Assembly: GCF_006345805.1 (NCBI RefSeq)
Contig: NC_043000.1
Span: 98,022,001-98,086,000 of the forward strand
Reading direction: 5' to 3'
DNA: 64,000 nucleotides
Origin: Octopus sinensis
Lineage: Eukaryota
The position numbers were made by a program, and so were the translations under genes. The notes under the pieces are model-generated. The model did no database searches, was not told the DNA's origin, and saw only the letters and a program-made list of their open reading frames with translations. Below, piece by piece: positions 12,831 through 26,100 of the stretch (the first letter of the stretch is position 1; each line of letters begins with the position of its first letter).

Positions 12831-13759
12831 TCTGTAAAAGTTTGTCATAAGATTTTATAAGAAAAATTGACAATGCATCATTTTGCAACAAAATTTAGAC
12901 TGTGTCTACTGACAGATGAACAAAGAGGAACACCAACTCACAGTCAGTCAGGAGGTGTTTGATTGTTCAAATGCTGATAAAAACTTTGTGAAAATGTCAT
13001 AAGAGATGACAAAACGCATGTAGCTATGATGTCAAAACAAAAGGCTGTCATTGTTAAAGCATGGAACAACTCCTGTCTCTTCAGTTGCCCTACTCTTTGG
13101 TTTAGACTTTTGAGGGTTTTTTTTCTCCCAGAGTTGAAATCTACTTTGAAAGATAATCTGATTACAAATGATAGAATACATCAAAACAAATTTTTTTATA
13201 GGAACTGCAGACTACTTCAGAAATGTGTTCTTGAGAGCAGTGTGATAATAATGTAAGGAATTATTTTAAGGAGATCAAGTCTGGTTAAAAGAATAAATTT
13301 GTATTTTAAAAAGTTTGGTTTTTGATTTTGGCTCGGTCTCATACTTTTGCTTATTTTTTTGTCTTCAGAATTTTTCTGAAGAAGAGTGTTCTGTTTTTAA
13401 GATATAAATGCAGAATGTTTTGTTAAGGAGATTTTTGTTTCTCACCATTTCTTGCCTTCTGATTGGTGGTTAATTCATTAGAATTTTCAAGTATTAAATT
13501 TCTATTTTCACTTTCTGGAAAGTAAGAAAAAACCGAAAAATACATATTGTTTCTGTTGATTTCTACTTAAAATCTATAATGAAAATATTTGGGTTTATAT
13601 TAATGTTGCTGTTGTCATCATCATCATCCTCTTCAGTATCCCACTTCAGCAATTTCTGACGCCAGTGGCACTGAGAAAGAAACAATTTTGTTGTTGCTTC
13701 TATGAACTATTCTTAGAGATGGAACCATTAGTGCTGTGGGAACAGTAACAGCATCAGAT

Positions 13760-14330
13760 ATGGTCTTCACCACATATGCTTGCTAGTATTGCCATCTCTG
13801 CTGTTATTAGCAACCTTCTTTATTTTCCCCTCACTCTTCTTTTGGACAGAAAGCCCTCAAGCAACCTTTCTAACTATGAATATAAGTAGCTTTCTTTCTC
13901 TTCTGCACTTCTAATGTGATCAATCTCTAGGATAGAACTGAGATCTCCAAGGCTCATCAATGCTTGAAGGTCTAGTCTGACCTGTTGTTGCAGATTATTT
14001 CCATGCTTACTACTTGTCTGTATTCTACTGCAAAGGTGATGCCAAACCAAGAGTCAGTATCAGTACTAATATCTCTGGCCAAGTCTAATATTCCTTTTTC
14101 TCATCTACTGCATTCACAACCTGTGAGCCGGTTTGTGGCACACCAGCTCTGCCTGTCTCCTTACCTTATTCTCAAGCTGAGAATACTTTCATATGTTCTT
14201 ACTCATTGGGGATCCTTTGAACTCCACTTTGAAAGGTATATGGAAATCCCTAGGCATTATCACTTCACTCTTATCTCCTTTTTCTATTTTGTTTTGAACT
14301 GAATAGTATCAGAGAGTTTCTTGTAACCCC
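13760..14330 (-). mobile_element. Old RTE-like LINE relic
   Basis: Degenerate LERLLEGFLSKRRVRGK*RR resembles the RTE EGxRxRGRxR motif. Confidence 0.35.
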
Positions 14331-14735
14331 CACAACATTAGTAAAAGATAAAATTGTGCAGTAGCAGTGCAATGGTGGGGATTAGTCCTAAATTCAATAG
14401 GTCTGATAAAAGATGAGATGGTTGCAGTGAGAAGACCTTTCATTCAAACTGTACTGGAGGCTTGATAACTTTAACACAGTGAGTTTGGCCTGCTAATAGG
14501 GCATATTTACATATAAAAAATCTAGTTCATTGGAAATTGTCTTTACTAGGGAATTCCCACTTTGTTATTAATAAAGTTCTGCTTCTTTTAAAACAAATTA
14601 TCATAATATATTCAAGATATTTCTCCTCTGAAATGTGTTTAGCAACTAACTGCCAAAATCTGATCACAAAATATTTTAGTTCATCAATATAGCAATGATT
14701 GTTGTTGTGGTTGTTGTTTTTATGTCTCTTCTCAG

Positions 14736-14788
14736 CATTTCTTAATTCCTGCATCCATTGTGTTCTCAGTAAGTCTGACTGACAATAG
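14736..14788 (+). CDS. Possible upstream exon of the NEF1-like gene (HFLIPASIVFSVSLTDN-R)
   Basis: Good acceptor (ttctcag) and a phase-2 end compatible with exon A. FLIP is weakly like NEF1 ALVP. However, the donor AG|gttcca is weak, and an internal gtaagt would give an incompatible phase. Confidence 0.3.
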
Positions 14789-15111
14789 GTTCCACCTTTA
14801 CTTCATGACTGAACAATTTGCAAGTAAAAAGACATCAATATAAAGTGAAAAAAAAAGGGAAAAAAAGATCAAGCAGAAATATGTTCAGCAAGCAGCCCAC
14901 TCTCCTATTGTGTTATATTCTTGGAAGTAACATTCGATCTAATATTTAACTAAAATGTTAATGGAAATGAAATTTTTCTCTGCATGTGCAGTCAGTTATT
15001 AAATGTATTTTGCATTTCCCAATATCTGAAAGAAATTGTGTTACTATGTAACTCAGTATGAATGGATTTGTGTCGTATTTTTATTTATTATGCAGCTGAT
15101 ATAATTTTTCA

Positions 15112-15156
<45 letters not shown>

Positions 15157-16489
15157 CCAGCAGCTCCATAAAGAAGTGCTGATCTCCCAGAGTGGATTGA
15201 ACACATTGAAGAGGACGACATGGGATGAAGTACTGAAGGACTGAAAGTTATTTGTCTGACATTTTAACAATCTACCAGTGTACATAGGTTTAGAGAAGCA
15301 AATGAGAGTAAAGAACTGAATGCATGTAGTGGTTTATATTAATTCACCACTTAGAATTTTTCACTATATGTGATCCTCAACTGAGAAAAATATGAACAGA
15401 GAAACTTAAATGAGAGTATCTTGTCACCTGACTAGCACTAACCAGAAAAAGACAATGTCCTTTTTTATTTTGTAAGCACCCAAGTTTTTTTTAGTTTTTT
15501 TTTTATCCTGAAGGATCACGTGTTGATATGTAAAACATAAAGAATGATATTAAGGCTGCACATCAGTACCACTCTAATATACAAATGTTCAATTTTTAAA
15601 AACTGTAAATTGGGTGACATGCTGGATGAATGAAAAAAGTAGACTTTTTGTTTTCAGTTCATCATCTGTTTTATTAAGAATTTACATAGAACACAACTTT
15701 TCCAAGAAAAGAAAACAAAGTGACATTGGAGAGTTCTGTTCATTGTGGGAAAATGTGTGTTCAAGGAAAAATAAGAATATGCCTGTGAAAGTGGTGAGTG
15801 TAATGTTGGTGTAGATGCTTCTTTTTGCAACAGAGCATTTTGACAATCACAACTCTGGAAACTCTGCCAAATGGAAGAATTTTGTAGCTGTCTTGTTTTG
15901 CTGCTCATATCACTAAGTTTCTGACATTCAGACTTTCTGTCAAGCTCTCTGTATTTTGTCTTCAGACATAATTTCTTTTATTATACTCCAAAACAAATTT
16001 GATTGGGCAGATCTATGATTACATCATCACTTGAAAGTCTTGAATGTATTTCTATTGGCCAGATTTTTGCTGATGCCACTACTCAATTTTAAAGATTCTT
16101 TTTGTGTTTATGAAAACCTGATAGAAAAGATGACAGTTGGCATTCAAACTGAAGTAGAGACATACAGTTTCAAGAAAATTGTAAAGAGTAAACAAATTAT
16201 TCTGAAATTGTCATCAGAGTAACGTGCCTAAATATACTAAAGAAATAAAATTGGTGTAAAGTAGTCAAAAATAAGTTTAAATGGATCAAACAGATAAAAT
16301 GGATGTATTAGAATAAATAAAAATAAATTTGAGGTCAATACTGGTTTCAAATAGAGACAGCATTATTTCTCTTGATCTCTTTCTTCATTATCATCTTCAT
16401 CTTTATTTTTGTTATTATCTATTTCATCTTTTTCATTGGTATTGCCTTCATCATCATTGTCTCATTTTCATTCTCTCTCTCTGTTGCAG

Positions 16490-16558
16490 GTTGTTATGCT
16501 TTGTAAGCATTGGTGCTGTCGTTACTTTTCTGTTGGATTACCTGGGTGAAAAGAAAAG
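16490..16558 (+). CDS. Internal coding exon A of a NEF1-like polytopic membrane protein gene (LLCFVSIGAVVTFLLDYLGEKK-R)
   Basis: Polypyrimidine tract and ttgcag acceptor; AG|gtaagt donor; 69 nt, phase 2 to phase 2; joins exon B in frame (AG+A=Arg). Confidence 0.85.
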
Positions 16559-16578
16559 GTAAGTTTTTTCTCCTCCTC

Positions 16579-16619
<41 letters not shown>

Positions 16620-16928
16620 AGTTGTGTATATATATATATATATATAGCTACAGATTCAAGTATTTATGTTTGTGTATACATACACTCACACCATATTTTT
16701 AGACCCTGGCCACTACATAGTTGATTTTGGCCATGTAGACACTACCAGTGGAACAGTGAATCTCTTCCACTTTTGTTCAATGGAAAATAACAGGACATTT
16801 GTCAGGAGATAAAATGAGTTGGCCAGAGTTAAATTTGTTAGCAATGGTCACTGCACAGTGACAGTGCATTAATCTCAGAAGAGAGAGCATCACTTTTTCA
16901 GTACCAGATTATTTCAGTTATCTGCATT

Positions 16929-16969
<41 letters not shown>

Positions 16970-17096
16970 ACTCTGTAAAATGGTTGGCATTAGAAAGCCA
17001 TAGAAACTATGCTGAAGCATGATGCTATCCTTGGACCCTCAGATCCTGGCAAACTGTTCAACCCATGCCAACATGAAAGATGGACATTAAAATATC

Positions 17097-17143
<47 letters not shown>

Positions 17144-17211
17144 CTTTGCATGTACCACGTCCTTGTGCTGTTGTTTTTTCTTGTGTATTTTTTTTACCAT
17201 TGTGGGGGGAT

Positions 17212-17258
<47 letters not shown>

Positions 17259-20119
17259 CATGGCTGTATATTTAAGAAGTTCATTTCACAACCACATAGT
17301 TTTGAATTCAGTCCTACTGCATGGCATCTTGGGCAAGTGTTTCTACTATAGCCCTAGATGAACCAATATCTTTGGGTGAATTTAGTTGATAGCAACTCTA
17401 CAAAACTCTGTATGTGTATGTGTACGTACATACATACAAGAATGTTTATAATCTATAAATGCATGAAAAAGCACTGAACTGTAGCTGGTGTTATCTGTTG
17501 TCATTTCCTTGTCAACAAATCATCTGATATTTCTGCCCTTTTGTTGACAAATGGAATGAAAATTGCCCTTCTTAAAATGCAAATAAGGGTTAGTAGAAGA
17601 AAGCATCCAGCTGTAAAATAATGCTTCTACAGCATGTATTTATTTAATCTATGCTAGCTTGTAAAAATGGACATACAAAAAGAATGAATGGTGATGGTGT
17701 GTGTTGTGTTTCATTATCATCATTCATCCACTTTCCATACTGGCATTGTTTGGACAGGTCATCATTGTCTGAATCAGTCCTTATTCAGACCATGTCCTAT
17801 CTATTATATAGATGGGTCAATAAAATAAATTTTGAGTAAAGTATTAGGGTCAGTGGTATGTTCTACTCCTCCCCCATCAAAATTGCTGGCCTTGTGCCTA
17901 TCTCCGTGTTCCACTCAGATGGTTGCCATCCAGCTTAGTTTTGCAAGCTGGATGGTGATCTCACCAGTACTGGTGACATGAAAAAAGCACCCTGTATGCT
18001 TTGTAAAGTAGTTGGCATTCAGAAGGGTATCCAGCTATAGAAAACAACCCGATACAGTCACTGAAACACAATGCAGTCCTCGGAGCATTCGACCCTTGCC
18101 TGCATGAAACAAGGATATTAAAAGATTATCTTCATCATAATAATCAATCAAGTAAGAAAGAAAACATCTGCCGTAATAGTTTTATGAGCTTCTTATTTAT
18201 CTACTTATGCATACATACATACATCAAGTCACATTTTTAAATTGCTTCCATTTGTGCTTAATGCATCTGTTTTCATGCACATCAGTACATTAGTATTCAT
18301 AGAGATATGTCATGTTAGTGCATTGAAATACATTTATCATCTACCACTATGTTTGTATATTAATGCACAAGCTCATGAGGTATGTATTTTGTCTCTAGGT
18401 AGGCAAGCAACACTTCAGCAATATTTATAGTTTCCAGTTTAATGTTTTGAGGTGGAACATTAATAACAAGTGACCAGATGTGCCTTGCTTCAGAGCCAGC
18501 TGTGGCATAAAAATATCATCGTCCCCATGCTGCTGCTATTTGATGTTTAGCCCCAAGTCAGTTCAGATCAAGTAGACCTATTATCAAATGCATTTCAACC
18601 AAGAACATCCTGTCTTTCCAGACATAGTTTATCTCAGACTATATTGTATAATGTTATCATCTTATTTGTTTATTTATTTATTTATTGTTAAAGGCAGTTG
18701 TGTGCGGTTTGAAAGGGGTTTAGTTGCTATTTTCAGCAGGGCGTTAAATCACCAACAGAAACATTCTGACTCACAAGCATAGTCTCTCCTCTCTATCTTT
18801 CCTGTCACTACTAAAATGGCTTCTGTTCTTTGTAGCTGGTCAGTCTTTTATGTACTCCAATCAGGCACTGCCAAACACCCACTTCTCCACTTTGTTGCTT
18901 CTACCCACTCCCACCTCTGTAACCTTGCATGAACCACAATGCCCAGACTTTCCTTCTCTGGAATCATCTTCCTGCTTATATCTTCCCTGCAAATGCTGGC
19001 TTGCAACAGTTTAAATGGAATATTATTGGGTATTAAACTCACTGATCTTGAAGGATCCGCAAAAGTAATGTGTGCTGTCTCTTCCTCCAGCCCCTACAGG
19101 TAAAAAAGAGAGAAAGTTTATATTTTACTCCCACTTTTGCTATTTGTTAGCGCAGTGGCAGAATAGAAAAAAAAAACTACCAGTATACATACATATATAC
19201 TAAATGATGTATGGACAGGAAGTCTATTATTCAGTCAACTATACTCTTTACTAGCAAATTTATAGCATTCTGGTATGTGTGTGTGTGTGTGTGTGTGTAT
19301 AATAAGGATGTATTATAATACTATTCCACAGCCATACCAACAATCCAACATACCTCCATCATCAGCTGCCCCACAGATATCATTATGGTTTCGACACCTG
19401 AGCAGTACCATTCAATCTGGTGTTGTCAACAGCACTAAAATAAGTGTTGTTTGGGAACAAACAAACCAAAGAAACTACAACTTTCAAACACATTTACCCT
19501 ATGCACAACCGTATCGATAAATAAATTCCATAAATAATTTACGACCACTCCAAAATACGTAACTAAACAGCCACAACTCTATTAAGTCATACATTGTTTT
19601 GATATTAATGGTAATCTGCAATAACTAAACTATATGCTAAATTGTGATCCATCTTTAAGTCCATATAAATAATAATCCCACCAGTCTTCCATAAAATTTT
19701 ATCCAAAACAAAACGCGATTGAAATTAATTTAACTGATATTTTTATGAAATTCATTATTTCATCATTCAAAAGTTAATAATAAAACACTACTTACTCATT
19801 AATATATCGCTACTACACATTATAATATTAATTTACCAGTGAGTAATATACACTTAAATTTCATTAAATAGGAACTAATAAAAGTACTTGTAATAAACTA
19901 ATATTATAAACATTGCTGTTTAAAGCTAATTAAACTGTTTAAAAGACAATAAAACTACAATTATTAAAACAAAATATATGAATACTAAAAATGTACATGG
20001 ACATATAAATATATAAACATAATAATATTGGAATATAGATAAAAAAGTTTTTTACTTAAATTAAAATATGGTATAGAGAAAATAATAGGCATTAATAAGT
20101 TTTGGGTTACATGTTAGAT

Positions 20120-20210
20120 GAAACTATCGTTTCTGGGGTTCATTTGTCCAAATAACAAATGAATCTTAAGGATTCATTTTCAGAGAATGTCCTCTTCATC
20201 AGGTAAAAAT
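20120..20210 (-). ncRNA. Hammerhead-ribozyme-like motif
   Basis: Minus strand reads CTGATGA-AGAG(gacatt)CTCT-GAAA with an 8-bp stem III AATGAATC/GATTCATT. Stem I is only about 2 bp and the cleavage triplet is UUU. Confidence 0.45.
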
Positions 20211-21543
20211 GATATTTACACTAGATATGCATTCAGGTCTTTACCAAGGTATGAGATAACTGGATGCTTTTACAGAAGAGCGGATGTAACTACGCAAATA
20301 ATGGAAGTCTTTATGAAGGCTGGTGGGAGTACAATTAGATTGCTTGTGTTGATGTCATGTGGTGATTGTAAATGAGCATTAAAATCATATAAGTGACAGT
20401 GTTCATCTCTTGTCTTCCATGGTGAAATATTACTTTGCTTGGAAACAAGTGAAGATTGGTGGCAGGTAGGGTATCTGGCTGTAGAAAATCTGCCTCATCA
20501 AATTTTGTCTGACTCATGCAAGCATGGAAAAGCAGACATTAAACAGTGATAACGATGATGATGATGATATCAATACTACTTCAGTTAATTAAAATTCTAT
20601 CAGTAAATGTACTGATAGGCAAATTAGTAAAATTAGTTAATGTTACTGACAGCAGTTTTCATCAGTGGCTGCAGATTGCTTTATCTCTCACAGTAAGCAG
20701 TGTTGATGAGCTGGCAAATACCGCAAACCTATCCAAGCTGTTCTCCAATCTATTCTGTAAAGAGAAAAAAAGAAGTGAGGAAGAGGTATCTGTCTAAATA
20801 GGGGCACTAAACGTATGTTTATTTATGTGCATAAACTTATTAACAATATACCCATGCACACACTGTCATAGTGTTTTTGTTGTTGGCAGTTGAATGATGA
20901 TAATGCAATGATTACATATATGATTTTGTTGGCTTACTGTGGGTTACTTGGAGAGAGAGAGAAATACATATGGCACATATGGCACTCTTCTGATTACTCT
21001 TGGTGATATTGGAATGGTCAATCAATCATTTTAATACTTGAAAGGCAGAAGATTTAAACGAAAAGCCAGAGTAGCTTTTGCTTTTATTTTTACGGGTGGT
21101 TCTGATGGCCATGAGCTTTATGCAATATTAAAACATACTAATGGCATTCTTAAATGCCTACTTCACTAAGTAAACCATTTTAGTACTTTAAAGAATTGGT
21201 GTCGTAAATGTAGCATCTGCTAAATGTTTGGTTTCTGTGATAGTCAAGGCTGCTGGTAGTGGTGCCATAAAAATATATTAAGATTTATTAAAATACTGAT
21301 ATGCATTTGGTTAAGACGAATGACAGCTCTTGTTAGTAATGTCTTCTTATTTTGAGTGGAAAGTTCTACTTTTACCTCACAAAATGCATCTGCCATTAAA
21401 GTTCAACCTGGGTGGATGGGGGATTAAGAAATGTTGTAGCTTTGAATACTGCATATGCAAATCCGAAGACTTAACATTCAACTATTTCATCCAATATTCC
21501 AACAGTTCTGTTACTTCTGTTGTTATTATTATTATTGTTATTA

Positions 21544-21581
<38 letters not shown>

Positions 21582-21583
<2 letters not shown>

Positions 21584-21812
21584 GGTGGTGAGCCAGTAGA
21601 ATCATTAGCATGCCAAGTGAAATGCTTAGCGGTATTTCGTCTGCTGTTACATTCTGAGTTCAAATTCTGCCGAGGTTGACTTTGCCTTTCATCCTTTTGG
21701 GGTCGATAAATTAAGAATCAATGAAATACTGAGGTCGATGTAATTGACTAGACCCCTTCCCCAAAATTTCAGGCCTTCTGCCTATACTAGAATAGGTTAT
21801 TATTGTTATTAT
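21582..21812 (+). mobile_element. tRNA-derived SINE, family B, inserted after (ATT)n
   Basis: Head with B-box-like gagttcaaattc; body gtcgataaattaag..gtcgatgtaattgact; a second head starts at about 21817. Confidence 0.8.
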
Positions 21813-21870
21813 CATTAAGGCAGCGAGCTAGGAGAATTCTTAGCATCCTGGGTGAAATGAAGGAATGTGC

Positions 21871-22070
21871 TCATCATCATCATTGTTTAACATCTGTTTT
21901 CCTTGCTGGCATGGGTTGGACGGTTTGACTGGGGTCTGGCAATCCAGGAGACTGCACCAGGCTCCAATTTGATCTAGCCAGTGCTGACATCAGCCATGTT
22001 CGGATGGCTTTTTACGTGCCACCAGCTCAGGAGCCAGTCAGGACGAGGGGGCTGGCATTGACCACGTTCT
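21871..22070 (-). mobile_element. RTE 3' UTR fragment
   Basis: catcatcat..tttaacatctg..ggcatgggttggacggtt..ctgcaccaggctcc matches 3090-3200. Confidence 0.8.
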
Positions 22071-24646
22071 CATTGCAAAAAGAAAGTGAGAACAAGAATA
22101 TCAAATGGCCTAAACTTAATGACATCAACGAGGCAAATAATGTTTTGTTTTTAAGTAACATCAAAACTTTCGATGTTGTCAACAAAAGCTATAACAACAA
22201 CAGCAGCAGTGACAACAATAACAACAGCAACAACAATACAAAAGAAATGAATCATAAAAAAATGAATATTGCCTCCACTTCTTTCACTTCTGCACAAGAA
22301 CTATGGAAATATTCTGCAGCAAGAAATATATGCATAGATGAAAGAGATTTTAAAATGGCAAGGAAAATTGTAAAAAGGGATGGTAGAAGGGTAGCTCTAA
22401 ACCCTCCATCTGATGTGATAGAGAACATCTTAAGATGCTCGGTAAATTCCCAGTTCAGTCTCACTGTGTGGTGCTTTGGGTCTTCTACTACAACTCCTGG
22501 CCAACCAAAGTCTTGTGAATAGATTTGTGGACAGTAGCTGAAAGGAGCCTGCTGTGTGTGGTGGAATCTTTACATCCAGCTTAACTTGGATATACTATAA
22601 GGAAAAAGTCCAGCACCAGCAGTGGAACTACTAGATCATGTGATTTCAGCCTGTTTGCACTTCAGTAGGAGTATCTATTGTCCAAATTTTGTTCATATTG
22701 ATATATAGAAAAGACAGTGACTTATCAGTTACTGATGTTGCAAGCTTGCAGGCTGGGTAAAAATTAGTTATTAACAACTGAAGTTGTATTAGTACTAAAA
22801 TTACTTGATCTATCAGTCTCATTGCCAGTGCCAGACATCTTTTATCCATTGCTGATATTATATTTTTTAGCACTATGCGTCTGTATGAGATGCTTTCTCA
22901 GGACAAGTGCCACAGTTTATGTCATTCTTAAAGTATATACAAGTTTAAGTTGGATGTAAATACAAAAAATACTTCCATCAATAATAAGCCAATATATATA
23001 TATATATGTTTGTGTGTGAATGTGTGAGTGTTTGTGACTCCTTGTCTTGTCATCATCTGATGTTTGTAAAATTAGTGTCACTGTCATACAAGCAGTGTCA
23101 TTCATTTCTAATATTCAGCAAAAGCATGTTTGGCCATGGGGGAATATTATCTTGCTTGGAAACAAGTGAAGGTTGGTGACAGGAAGGGCATCCTATCGTA
23201 GAAAATCTGTCTCAAAAAAATTCCTTCTGACCTATGCAAGCATGGAAAAATAGGCATTGAAATGATAGTGATGATGATGATTATTTTATATCACAATTTG
23301 TGAACAATAACATAATTGGTTTCATATTTCCAATTGTATTTCCAGTGAGGGCGACATGGCAGTGCCTATGTAACTTGAGTGCAATAAAACCTCACAAACT
23401 ATTTTTGTAGAAATACACTGGTTTATTGTTGTTTTCTCTCTGATGTACATCAACAAATATACACGTCATCATCATTATAATCATTTTTGCATCTGCATTT
23501 CCATGGCTGGCATGGTTTGAATGGTTCCATTTCAATATGTCTCTTCACTTATTTCAGTCCTTCATTGTCTCCTTTGTGAAGTCCAACATCCTCAGGTTAG
23601 TCTCCTCTGCTGTTACCAGCTTCAGTAATTTTCATCTGTCCACCAAATTTCACTTGCAAGACATTGACCACCTTGAATTTTTGGTTGAAGACATTTGCCC
23701 AATGTACTGCATAGTAGTAGGATTGAACCTGAAAGCACATGGTTGCAAAGTAAGCTTCTGAATGCTACACTGCATTTTATCCAGCAATTTATCATTTCTG
23801 CCAATCCAGTGCCTAAGCAATTCTGCCAATTCACATTAATGTAGAACAGAATACTGGTGTGGGTGTTAAACCATCCACAATATATTTATAAATAAATGCA
23901 TTTATAATAAAACGGTAAAATAAAAAAAAAAGTAAAATATTCTAGCTATTTTCCATATCTGAGTGAAAACACTAAATTGTTCATATTACACCCATTTTAT
24001 TAAGGGTTAATATTAAATTTCCATTATTGCAAAAAATAAACAAAATTAGAAAAACAATAAAAACAAGTTAGCAAAGCTAAACATAAAAATTATCCATCTA
24101 TAATAGAGTTCTTTCTTATTTCTCTCTGAACATTTTTTGACAGATATTCAAGAAGCAGCGAGATTTGTCATAAATGCTAAAAACATTTAACTTAATAAGT
24201 AATGCTAGTATTGTGAATCTCTTCTTTGTGGTGGGGAAACATGAGGAAGCATTTAAATGTGATTTATCATTTGGCCTCTCTTGAAAAAATTAAAAAAGAA
24301 AACATACAACTACTATTGATGATAATGATTTCTTTTATTTGCCAAACAGCAGTTTCTCACTTTATGTGTGTGGGTGTGCATGTGTTCCATTGTACAAAGA
24401 GAGAATTGATTGACACAAGCTTCTACTGATCTGAAAGATAGATTGTTTTATAGAGAGATTTGTTAAAAGTGCTGACAAATTCTCTATATGAAATGTCTCA
24501 TTTAGGGTCGTCAGTTTGAAATAGCAAGAAATATGGTCTGCTATTTCCGATATTTGTAAATATTTCAATGATGGCTCTTTCTTTGATAGAAGATTGTTCT
24601 TTTTACTCAAAGTATTCAAATATTTTGCCAGAAGTATAATCTCTAA

Positions 24647-24745
24647 AGATATCTATATCTATCTATCTATCTGTCTGTCTTTCAATCTATCTATCAATCC
24701 GTCTATCTGTCAATCTATCTATCTATCTATCTATCTGTCTGTTTG
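24647..24745. repeat. (TCTA)n/(TCTG)n microsatellite
   Basis: Visible tetranucleotide repeats. Confidence 0.9.
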
Positions 24746-25662
24746 TCAATGCCATGCCATGCCCCTCTGACTTCTCTCTTTGATTCTTCCTTTCTGTCTT
24801 TCTTCATTATTGTTGATCAGGATAAAATAGCAGTGTGGAAAAATGCTTTTGGATAACCAGCTCTAGTGTTGTGAGTTGAAATTCATTGCAGGCATTGCAT
24901 TGTTTTCTTTTCATGATAGGTCTCTTTATTCTACATATTTCAGTCTCCCCACCCCCACCCCACCGGCCAGGAATAATTAGACTGACCATGCATCCAGTTT
25001 AGAGGTTTTGAGATCATATCCACTGCAGGTGTTCTGATCTGTATTTAAGCACTACACTCTATTCTTTATTCTACATGATTTCATTTTGGTTAGCTGTCAA
25101 CAGTCAGATCATGAGAAAATGTTTCCTGAGATGAATCAGCACCTAACCAGTTGGAGAATTATATTTGTGATTAAATGTGTAAATGCCTGAATTTGCTTTG
25201 CAGTCACATGGCTCCGGATTAATTTCCATTACACAGCACTTTGACAAATCTCAAAAGCTGTCTGTACACATACACAAAATAACTGTTTCCTTTTATAGTA
25301 TGCAAAATGAACTAGTGGAAACAAAAATTGAATGAATGGATTTAGGGACTTGCTTGTATTTATATCTACATTGTATTTCAATTAAATATACTGGGTTTGT
25401 TTTTAATTGGAATACACAAATTACATTATCTGTCTCCCAGTTTTAACACCACAACCTAGTATCTTGGATAACTTTATGGAACGTTGTGTGTGATCAGGTT
25501 AGGTCTCTGGTATCAAGATACCTTCCTCTCTGCCTTCCACCAAACTTAAGAGGCCCTGTAATGAACCATGGGCACTTGTTCTTCTAACTTGAATCATTAG
25601 GCCATTAGACAAAATGTCTTGTAGTATTTCTTCTATGGCTGTATGGTTAAAAATTTCATGTA

Positions 25663-26100
25663 GATGCTGGCATTGTGGTTAAGAAATTTGCTTTAGAACC
25701 ATGTGGTTACGTTTGGTCCCACTCTGTGGACACTATCAACTGGTGTTTTGTGCTGCAGTTGTGGGTCTATCAATACTTTGTCAATGAAATTGGTAAACAG
25801 AAACTGAAGAAATTTGTTATCTGTGCCTGTGAATTCATATTTCCCCTTGTCGATGTGTGTTCACTAATTGGAAACAAATGCCTCAGTGTTCATGCAGACA
25901 ATGTTGTTTGTTCCTGGCTCTCTGTGTTACTAGGCCGGAGCTGTTCTTTGCTCACTAGACTGGAGGATTATTACCTTACTTGGAAACAAGTGGGGATTGG
26001 CATCAGGAAGGGTATCCAGCCATAAAAAAACTCTGCTCCAGTATAGTCTTGCCTGACCCATGCAAGTACGGAAAAGTAGATGTTAAAATAATAATGATGG
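25663..26100 (+). mobile_element. SINE family A with RTE-type tail
   Basis: Same head; tail cccatgcaagtacggaaaagtagatgttaaa. Confidence 0.7.
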
